A DNA stretch of 59,402 nt, filler included, from Sphacelaria rigidula (lineage: Eukaryota), in the NCBI GenBank assembly GCA_964200075.2. It is 10 parts of 10 records of this genome, joined end to end, with 100 filler letters (N's around TTAATTAATTAA, not from the genome) between each part and the next. Parts side by side here need not be neighbours in the genome. Positions count along the whole stretch, not along the records: positions 5,952 to 11,802 come from CAXNAA020023979.1; positions 11,903 to 17,753 come from CAXNAA020023980.1; positions 17,854 to 23,704 come from CAXNAA020023981.1; 7 more parts are not named here. One strand, 5' to 3'. Position numbers and translations under genes: made by a program. This document shows, piece after piece, positions 10,316 to 20,600 of the stretch (position 1 is its first letter; the number at the start of each line of letters is the position of its first letter). The notes beneath the pieces were generated by a model. The model ran no database searches. It was given only the letters and a program-made list of their open reading frames with translations, and had not been told where the DNA came from.

Positions 10316-11255
10316 CTATCAACAGCCGATCATCGAAATTCAGGATGGAGCTTTCCATTGAAGGTGAGAGTGCCAAAAAAAACCTCCGAGACCCTATGTA
10401 CCCCCCCCCCCCGGCGGTCGTAAGATTTTTTTTCAACAAACACTCAATAAATAGCCCTTTTAGAGCGACTTGGGTGAGGTGGCGCCCATGACTGTTGGCC
10501 CTATCTGCCACCACAACAACATTGGACGCAAATTGGCGGTGCAGATAGATGCGTTTAGCTTGATTCAGCAAGCATTGCAGAACATTGTGGTATTTGTCTG
10601 GTTTTGTTCTTGTCGTGGAAGTGTGATGTGCAATGTATTGCCGAAACTCATGAATATAACTTGGCCTTCGCTCCGAAGGTATGCGAAGAAATAAAGTTTC
10701 ATCGACACGATTTTTTTTTCTCCATGTACTTAAATTTTTTAATTTTCAATTTTGTTAGTTTTTTTACCTTTTTTTTATTCATGTATGGGATTTCGTAAAT
10801 CCCCCCCCCCCCCCAAAACGCCTAGGATTAACAAAATCGACATAGGGCCTTGCTTTTTTGGGGGGGGCACTTCTGTGTCCACACCACATCTTCGAAGTAT
10901 GGTTCCATTCCTTCGCCTACTGGTGGCTATCGACAACTGCTATACGCCCTACAAATTTGGATTCAGATAACCGAAATGTTGGGGTCCTAGATGAAACAAT
11001 TTTGGGGAATTCAGGTGATCCGATCGGATCGCTAAAATCCCCCGAAATTAGCTTTTAGCCTAGGACCCCAACATTTCGGTTATCAGAATTGAAATTTGTA
11101 TGGCGTGTCGTACTTGTCAATATAGCTGCCAGTATGTGAAGGAATGGAACAATATCTCGAAGATTTGGTGTGGATACGAAGATTTTAATCCTCCGCGTTA
11201 TCGTCCTCAATGAAGAGCTCCGTCCCCAATTCGATGATCGGCTGTTTATTGATAG
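10316..11255. mobile_element. Near-fully palindromic element centred on GATCCGATCGGATC (11017-11030), left arm interrupted by a ~500-bp insertion (~10365-10868)
   Basis: 10870-10990 is the reverse complement of 11059-11180, and 10316-10364 is the reverse complement of 11205-11255. A right-half copy lies at 24360-24586. Confidence 0.75.
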
Positions 11256-14082
11256 CATGCAGCACAGGTGTGTTCGGGTACTAAAAAACTGGAAACAGGT
11301 TGGTCCTGCGATAGACCAAACAAACGCCTCGTCGCTACTGATGCCCAGTATTGCCTTCTTTGTTGCTGCCTTGGTGGTGTTGTAATTTGAGCATATTATA
11401 CTTGTATGTCCTCAATTTGCTCAACAATTTTAACGGAGAACATTCCCTCTTTACGACGAGGCATTATGTTTATACTAGAGCTCAGGAATGGTACCAGTTA
11501 TAACTGGTCATTATCATTATAATGGAAATAATGGTAATGGTTGTATGGGAATTTTGGATAATGGTTTCAAGCCATTATTTACCGTTGCCGGCTTTACAAG
11601 CCGATACCGGCTACGTATAACAGTGTTTTCGTGAGATTGAGAGTAGATGATACGATTGAGAGTGGCTTTGATCGTTCGCTTTAAGTGAGTCATTTTTTTA
11701 TTCCACGTGTGCTTTTTTTTACAGTACCTCCATCACTTGCGTGTGCATGCAGCTACACGTCGATATCCTACCCAGGTATATCAAGGGCCTCAGTGGCCAG
11801 CTNNNNNNNNNNNNNNNNNNNNNNNNNNNNNNNNNNNNNNNNNNNNTTAATTAATTAANNNNNNNNNNNNNNNNNNNNNNNNNNNNNNNNNNNNNNNNNN
11901 NNGAGGGAAAGGGACTGCTGAACCCCTCTCGCGAGAAGAAATGAAGGCAAGCACCGCAGAAGGAAGGTGGGGTACTAAAAACAAATTTTAAAAAAGAAGC
12001 TTCTGTGTTGACCTTCCTCTCGTGCGACCCCGGCTGGTATGCCCACAAATATATACCGAAAGGTGTAGACCAGAGTCCAGAATAGAAAGGACGACAACAC
12101 ACGCACACATCAGACGTTTTTCTCGCGGGGGGTATTCGTCCATGTGGTCCGTCATTACCACAGTATATGAAGTCGCGTCTTTTTCGCTTACTCATGTACT
12201 TTAGCTTTTTCGTGAAATGTCGAATGTTGTAAAGGTATATGTTGGAGCGAATTTCAACCACAGTTGTACATGGATGTTGCTCTTTCGGAAGCAAAACATT
12301 AACTTCTGAGGAAACTCCTACTTTTGGAACACGAGTCCACCTTTTCCTCCATGTCTCAGCTTTTTCCAAAAATCAGAACGCATTGTCTATGATACATTCG
12401 GGTCTTCCGCGTTCTTCACACTTTTATTACGTGGAACAAAATTAAGTGCGCTTCATCCACCATTCCGCGCTCTCAACGTTCGCGTTCCTTGATACCTATC
12501 ATGCCACACCCATGTCAGGTCTTCCCTCTTCTACTCATCACATATAGCACAGTTTCATAACTGATACACACGTCAAATCTCTGGCTCAACCTCTTGGTAG
12601 GAGTCAGTACCTTCACCGTCTCCCAGTTTGAATTAATTCATTTCCACGGCTTTCGTGGAGGACGGGGCCGCCTATCGGCGGCCCCGTCCGATCCTTGTAT
12701 ATATATATATATATACATGTGTGTTTTCAATATATGTATATCCCGAGGCTTTTCATATGGCCGGCCGGCGTTATGCCTGTCTTCTTTACGTGTCCATGTT
12801 CAGCTTGATCGCTTCAAAGATGGTCATGTGGGAATTTCACTGTTGCCGTCCGATTCAAGGATGTTCATGTGACATCTGAGCTCGGTTCAGATATTATCAT
12901 GTGACACTTTCGCCCGTTCAGGGATAGATGGATATGTGATATTCAATCGAGAAACAGTCGATCATGTGCATATTTTGAGTGATCATACGTCTTTCCGTGC
13001 CGACGGGGTCCGCCGTTTCCGATTTTTGAAACGTCGAAATGGCGGTCCAACATCCGCTCCGGCTGCACTCTCCCACGTACGTACCACAATAACAGACGTT
13101 GTTTCGAATCAATTTTTTGCTGTGCTACAATGCTTTGAAAGTGCCCATCTGTTTGTGCCGTGAGTAGAGCTTCTTCTCGGTGACGAAACATTTCCTCAAA
13201 AAAAGCGCATCTTGTTGGCGATTCGGCGTCGATTTTTCCCGGAAAATAGCTTCTTGGCGGATTGTGCCATCCCGTAAGGACGTGCTGCACTGCCCGCGTG
13301 ACGTTTCTAGCGCACGTTTCAGGCTTTTAATACGCTCATTTTGGCTCTGGATCGAGGTAAGGCAGCGATTTTTTAATACAGCGCCGGAAAATCTACGAGA
13401 TTTCTCGAAATCACCCGAGACTATCTCAGAAAAACGACATATATATATATATTATATATATTTCGGTTCTACGAGAAATCGCTACTGTAGCTCGTCGACC
13501 AAGAGCAACACTGGGCGAACGAAAGATCGGGAAAGTTCATCTCCAAGGTACAGCAAGGCTTCCCGAGAAAGGACAATCCACCAAGCCCGATATTCGACAG
13601 AAACCCGCGTGAAATCGCCGAAGACATGCATTTTTTTCGCACGGGATTTCTCATGACCCATAAACAACGGGCGGCGCAATACGGACCTAAAGAGACCCTA
13701 TTTGTAGCCTTGATTTTTTCCAAAACATGCGTGTATCGTATCACAATTCGAACACCACACGCGCACACCCGTTCTGTTCTGGTCAACAAAATCACCGCAT
13801 TCGTTTTCAAAGATTTTTTGGTAACGCTTCCCCGTTCAAACGAGGGCAGTGCAGCGCACAAACCACACATGAGCTTTTCACCCAACCGACAGAGCTTGTC
13901 GGAATAATAACAAGTTTGCGAGTCGCACCGAGAGTGTCGGCTTGATTTTCGGGCATGCCTACCCTCCCGCGCTATCGCCACGCCTCAGACACGACAACAT
14001 TAGCAGAAGCGTGTCTGACAGAGAGGGGTCACATTCACAGAGTAGTCAACCAGGGTTAGAGTTCGGGTTCGAGTTAGGGTTC

Positions 14083-14347
14083 GAGTCATGCCACGGTAGG
14101 TAGGGGTTGCACCTTTGGGCCCAAACGTTTCTCATTGAGGGACTCCTAAAGTTAGGAGTCACACAAGAACATGGGTCAGGAGACTCCCCTTTTCAAAATG
14201 CATTCGAGATACCTCTAGCTCATCGGAATCCTAGTCGCGGCGTGCTGTCAGACATTTCGTAAGTGTTATTTTTTGGATGATGAGATTGAGGGCTCCTAAC
14301 AGTTCAAACCCGAGAAATATTTTGTGCAACCCTACCATGGTATAATC
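14083..14347 (-). mobile_element. Diverged Sola2-like MITE relative
   Basis: GAGTCATGCCACGGTAGG...GTGCAACCCTACCATGG ends. Internal TTTTGGATGATGAGATTGAGGGCTCCTAACAGTTC resembles the reverse complement of the family body. Confidence 0.55.
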
Positions 14348-14902
14348 ACAACATTCCGGGTAGTCGCAGATATAGGTTTCAACGCCAATATCCTAGTCTG
14401 CTTGTGGTTGGAAGGCAGCAGTTGTGTGACCATGCACCAAGATAGTAGAGCTGACTTGGTGTACTTTTTCATCAGTTTTTCAAAGCATGTTATGCTACAT
14501 ACGGCAAACGTGCTCGAGCACAAGTTTTCCCCTTGTGATACGGCGCTCTTTACATGCAACCGGGTCATTATATTCACACCGCCAAAGCTTGTGTACTTTA
14601 TGTACCATTCATTGCAAAATATATGGCAGAGATTACAAATTCGTTCGATTCAATGCACTATTGTACATGCATACATAGGCTGAATGTCTTTCAAATGTTT
14701 GGAATTTTTACCCATGCTATCTGATTCACGTGTCCATGTTCCTGAAGCGATTCGAAACACGATCATGTGAGGTTTGCACGTTCGTCGCCTGATTTAAATA
14801 TCGTCATTGAACACCTTATTTGCCCGGTTCAGAGATGGTCATGCAACAGATTTTATCCTGCACTTGAAAATCTTGAAATAGTTCTCAATGAAATCACTAA
14901 AG

Positions 14903-15158
14903 GAGTGATGCTACGCTAGGGGTACACAAATATCTTTTCATGTTAGAATTGTTAGGAGCCCTTTGTCTCATCCAAAACACGACTTATGACATATGTGAGG
15001 GTACGCCAGGATTACTTTTCCAATGTGCTAGGGGTATTCCGAATGAATTTGCAAACGGGGATGCACTGACCCACATTCTTGTACATCTAGAATCGTTAGG
15101 AGCCCCTGAGCCAGACAATTTTTTGCGCAAAAAGGGCATCCCTACCGTTGCATTGCTC
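14903..15158 (+). mobile_element. Full-length 256-bp MITE, Sola2-like, TSD AAAG
   Basis: TIRs GAGTGATGCTACGCTAGGGGTACAC / GGGCATCCCTACCGTTGCATTGCTC, with AAAG on both flanks (14899-14902 and 15159-15162). Confidence 0.85.
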
Positions 15159-15753
15159 AAAGATCGATCTTTGAACAGGCGTGAATGATTATTGTATCTT
15201 GTGCTCAAGGGTCTGAATACTGTAGTCATTTGTGTATTTTTGTTCTTCCCTTCAAGTTTTCGTGTATACGCCATGAAAACAAAACACCAACGTCCAACCT
15301 TCGAACAGGAGATATCATCGTCAAAACCCTCTACAAATAGGGCTTAAAAGAGTTGAGTAAAATGATTGAAGTAATATCATCGTCGTTGTGCATGTGTAAG
15401 CTCTTTTGTTTTTGCCCGAAAGTTCTCATATTCACCTTAAACACACACACAAACGACCAACTTTCGGGCAGGCATGATTTTCACGTGAACAAGCTCTAGG
15501 GCTTGAAAAGACGAACATTGAATACCTGATTCATTTCACCATCGTCGCCATTTAAATGCATGCTTTGCTCCCTCGAATGTTCGGACATCTGCCATTTTGA
15601 CACTTTGGTGACCAACTTTCGAATAGGCCCACTTATCGTGGGTAGGGCTCATCGGGCCACGTCAAGCAACTCAATAATAGCGTCTTCACCACTATTATAG
15701 AATTTTGTTCCTGAACTTTCTTGGCCAAATCTCCCCCAACAAACGCAAATCAG

Positions 15754-15936
15754 GAGGAGATCAAGAAGGCGTGGGTGGAACACAAGGTCGACAACTCGGA
15801 AAAAACCTTCTGGTTCAACGAGATCACAAGAGAATCCCAGTGGGACAAGCCGAATGAAGGCAACAACAACAACAACAACAACAGCGACAACAACAAGACT
15901 GGTGGTCATGGCTTATTCGGATTAAAATGGTTTTGA
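15754..15936 (+). CDS. Terminal exon encoding a WW domain and an Asn-rich tail
   Basis: After the acceptor AATCAG| it reads EEIKKAWVEHKVDNSEKTFWFNEITRESQWDKP..., matching the WW pattern W-x-E-H...(Y/F)(Y/W)FN-x-x-T-x-ESQW-x-KP. Ends in TGA. Confidence 0.78.
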   Translation, partial: EEIKKAWVEHKVDNSEKTFWFNEITRESQWDKPNEGNNNNNNNSDNNKTGGHGLFGLKWF

Positions 15937-17294
15937 TCATCATCAAAACAGATGGAAACAAATGCACCTCTGCGAAGCACCGCATTCAGGAGCAACGGAC
16001 GCCCCCGTCAGAGCGGACATGAACATGAGGCAGTCAGGCAGGGCGGGCGCGGTACACCCGCGATAGCCATGGTGATTCTCGTTACTGTACAAAACGTGTC
16101 TTACCGCTACTGGGGATGTTCTTGTGATATATACTATGGTGTTTTTGTTGAAAATGCACGCATGTTAGCTTCCATACACTAATCTATGTATATGTATATA
16201 TACGTGGTCTTTGTGTATGTCTGTGAGAGGCATTAGGCGAGGGCGGGAGATCCTCTTCTACACGAGACTGTAATTTGACCCCTGGTTCTTTTCCCTGCTC
16301 TCGTACGTATCCCTTGGCTTTTATCCTGTGAGGGGGATCTAGCTTTGTAGATATAGGGTTTATCCTATGCAATGGTGATGTGTCGTTGACTTCCAATATA
16401 TAGTATTATGGGCGTTGATTCGGAGGGTATTTGTTGGGTTCTTCTCGTGGCGATGGGTGGGCGGGGAGTCGTTATACACAGGGACTTGATGTCCTGTAGA
16501 CAATTTGCCCGCCGATATAGATTGCTGTGCTGCATGTGTTGTTTGGGTCTGTCATTCTAGGTATTCATGCCGATGTTTCATGTTCGAGCGTATTTCAGCG
16601 CATGTAAATAGTTTGCGGACCGAAGTTGCCGGAGAAGGATAAGTAAACTCCAGTATTATTGTATCCACAATAGTAGGACACACAGCGTGAGGGGGGGGGG
16701 GGGGGGGGGGACGTCCGAACTCAAGTCAAGGATATATCTCGTATGCCGTCATCTCCTCGCCATTAAAAAAACGGAGCCGATTCCACCACNNNNNNNNNNT
16801 GGTCTTTGCGTTATTCTCAGGCTTTCAGTTCATGGTGTGGTGTTGGATTACTTATTTGTTACATGACTTAGTCGTTTGACCATTGACCACGCGTCCCTTG
16901 CGAGACGGAGCAGCATTCCTACTCCCATTAGAGACACCTCCAAATATTTGGCGCTCATTACGTTTTTTCCACATCCATTACACAAGAAACGTCTACATAT
17001 CTTACCCACACAGCGTGAGGGGGGGAAAGAGAGAGAGAAAAAAACCTTCGAGTAGGTTTGCTCCTAATTTTCGTATGGCTTGCAAGGAAGATTGCGAGAG
17101 AAACATTTCAGATATGCCGTGTGTTGTGTATTTTCGGATTCGGATTTCACGAACGGGTAATGGTAAAGCACGCATACACACGTACGAATAATATCAGTGT
17201 AGTATCAGGTGCACTAGTATCGCAGGGAGGTGTTTTGACTCTGTGCGGATGACCACATCTGCATCTCGTTTCGGTGTGTGTAGCTATACAGTAG

Positions 17295-17658
17295 GCATAC
17301 ATCTGAATGTGCACGGGATACCTGGCATACGCTTCTACAGAAACAACGAGAAAGCTATCAAAATTACGTGTATCGATGTCGCTCGCAGTGGGCGCGCGGC
17401 GAGTATCCATCTATCCCTCCTCCCTTCAAGTAGATTCTTCATTGCGACGAGTTACTATCCAGAAGCCCAAAATTGTGCATACATCTGAATGTGCACGGGA
17501 TACCTGGCATACGCTTCTACAGCAACAACGAGGAAGCTATCAAAATTACGTGTATCGATGTCGCTCGCAGTGGGCGCGCGGCGAGTATCCATCTATCCCT
17601 CCTCCCTTCAAGTAGATTCTTCATTGCGATGGGTTACTATCCAGAAGCCCAAAATTGT
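17295..17658. repeat. Near-identical 182-bp tandem duplication
   Basis: GCATACATCTGAATGTGCACGGG...CCCAAAATTGT at 17295-17476 and 17477-17658, with only a few substitutions. Confidence 0.95.
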
Positions 17659-20600
17659 TCACCCTTGAGCGTACGCCGGCCGCATTTTTTGTTTTCTTGT
17701 CCCCAGAGGACAGGAAGGAACCTTTTATCCATACACTTCGCTATTTCTAGTTTNNNNNNNNNNNNNNNNNNNNNNNNNNNNNNNNNNNNNNNNNNNNTTA
17801 ATTAATTAANNNNNNNNNNNNNNNNNNNNNNNNNNNNNNNNNNNNNNNNNNNNAACTTTTGCGGCATTTCACGTGTCTGGGCTGCGTGCACCTGGGTTGC
17901 AACGCTGAAAACAAAGCCTAGGGATTGATTCGTACGAGTCAAAGCAGTTATACTAGAACCAGGTAATTTCCAGACGAACCATTAATTGTCCGACCCTTGA
18001 AATGAAGCGCCCTCCCCTCTCCTGCAGTACTTGTGCGCTGACGCTTTCAATCTGTGCCGATTCTTTACAACACCTCAGGTATATTGAGGAACAAGCCCCC
18101 GCACAAGAGGCGGCTTTGCAGGCCGCGTTGGAAGGGCACTACACCGCGTTGATAAATGCTAAAGAGCGAATAAGGTGACTCGCGGGTGTCTCGAATATTG
18201 AAATGAAGGTCGCCAGCTTGTCTTTCTATTCGAAGAAACTGAGGCGTCTGCGAGGGTATGAGTTCTCCATATCGGTCTCGATGCGTTACTGGTTTGGTGA
18301 CTGATGGTTGATCTCCTTGAATACGATTTTTCTGGGGAACAGTGCACACTTCTGCAGTCCGCGTGATACACCGTCCACGAGGATGCTGCCGCTCTTTCCC
18401 ATACTCCGGCATGTGGGGAAATCGACGTGGCAAAGGCTAACACGATGCCGACAGCCGAGGGGTGACAAACCCCTCGTGTGCGAGATACAAGTATCAACGC
18501 CTCAAGCGCGATTGACCCCTGCAAGCGTCCACAGAGTAGGCAAGGTTCGTTTTCGAGCCATGTGTTTCGCTGTGTGCACTACTGCCTGTTTCCCGTCCTT
18601 GCTCCGCGTTTCATGCTGCGTTTCTCCGGCTGTGTTTCTGAGACACTGTCTAACGCCAGAATAATTTCCCCCCGCGACCTATCTAACTCGCGTATGCTGA
18701 TACGCGTATTCTTTGATGACAACTTGTACGTTATGTTTTGCGCAAGGTATTATTATGCAGCGTTTGTACCATATGTCGAAGTAGGAAATGAATACTTTGA
18801 GTTGCAGTCCCATCTATGGACCCAGCGCCGTTTCCAGGCTGGCTCCAACCCCTCCTTAAGAAGCCTGTCATATCATCAGTGTTGATTGATGGTAGCACGT
18901 TGACGGATACGCTACTGCACGGATCCAGTCGTGTCACGGGAAGGAGGGGAAATATAGGAAGAACGGAGGAAACAAAGTAGAAGCGACGGCGAATACAAGG
19001 CAACGGAAGAGCAAAAGAGACGAGAGGAACAAGAAAAGCATCAGGCTGAAATTCATTACGTGCACGAGTCGAAACCGTATATCCACCTTTTCACCAAAAC
19101 CCAACCTCTCGTCTCTACTCCGATCAGGGCTGCGGTCGTGGTGCTGACACAAAAGGAATTCGACGCTGCCCTACCCGAAGGGAAGCTCGTGATCGCACAG
19201 AAACTTCAAGAAGACATGGTGAGGGACGCGGGTGATGTGTCTCTTGACCCCGTTATGTTACCCTTACAGTATGGTGCAACCTCGAACGATTTGTTTCGAT
19301 GCAATACGCACACATGACGGCAACAAAGACCTGTCCATTGCCGTTCAAGAGCTTAGAGCCACAGCTGCCCTGTGACGTACAGTTCATGTCGGGTTCCACG
19401 AGAAGCGTACGCGGTGCTTTCTTCGGCAGAGAAGCAGAAATAGTGGTACCCTACAGTACGTTGTCCGCGCTTGATGAATGTTTTACAGCCGAGGTGTTGG
19501 AAACCCGCGAGAAAAATGATGATTTTGTTGGAAAGCCTGGAGCATGATAGATTTGCGAAATATATGAAGTGCTTTTTTGTAGCTCTTGATTCTCCCATAT
19601 AATTGATTTCGCGAGGTGTTGAAAACCCGCGAGAGAAATGATGATTTTGTTGGAAAGCCTGGTTCCATTCTATGGGAAAAGCAAGAGCTACAAAAAAGAT
19701 CGTTCCTTGTTTCTTGACATCTTCAAGGGTAAAAGGTGGTTCGTCGAACTTCTCTCGCCGCGCTGGAAGAACGTAGACTTGACATCACCTCCATTTTGTT
19801 TTTCAGGGAGGAGACGCAACGGCAATTCATCTCTGGACATGCATTCCACAAGAGAAGTTGACGAGAACAAACCGGATAATCCACACGTCGGATAGCTCAT
19901 GAGCTACCGAACACAAGTGATCAAAGAGGACTCCCGGATCCGATGGTCCAAAAACACAAGATACGTGACCATGGTGTCAGAGAAGCCAAAGCGCAACTTT
20001 TGCGCTGCACCGCGTGCTCGGCATCCAGCGCTTTGGGGAAAAAATATGGGAACAGAGGCCTAGTGAGCCAGCTCAAAGTCCGGATCAGTACACTAATTAG
20101 TAATATTGAGGTAGCTCATAAGCTGTCCAACATGCGGAACAATCCACCAGAGCTGCCCCGTGCCGCAAAGTGCCCCGAAACGGCACAGGGTAGTTGTACA
20201 TGTGATCGTCCGTCCTTCCTGTGGGCGTCACGTTTGTTTAGGACCGCCGCTTCACGACTCTGACTACGTTTGTCCCCTCTATTTAGACATCATTCTACCC
20301 TTTGATTGACTGGAGGAAGTAAACCAGGGCTCTACTGGCTCATGTGAACGTCTTGCTAACCCTTCCACCCTGAGCGAGCAAAACGTCAGGAGGAAGATCT
20401 TGTGGTCCTCACCCTCTCATGAGTCGCGGCCGTTGGTGACTTTTTACCGTTCAAAGTTGAAAACTGAGAAACTTGGTGGCTACAGCTGCATGCTGAAATA
20501 TCATAACGGGATACTGCTCGAGACTGACCACTGGTTTATCGAAAATGTAGGCTTGGCGTTGTGCCTTCTTCTACAGGCTGAGCTGCCCACGGCGCGAACA

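Noticed and set aside
14051..14087. Telomere-like GGGTTA/GAGTTC hexamers
   Set aside because: Only about six degenerate units, internal to the contig; not a chromosome end.
14903..15158. Assigning the 256-bp MITE to PIF/Harbinger because a Harbinger transposase is in the window
   Set aside because: The observed TSDs are 4 bp (AAAG, GTTC), not 3-bp TWA, and the transposase is on an unrelated contig.
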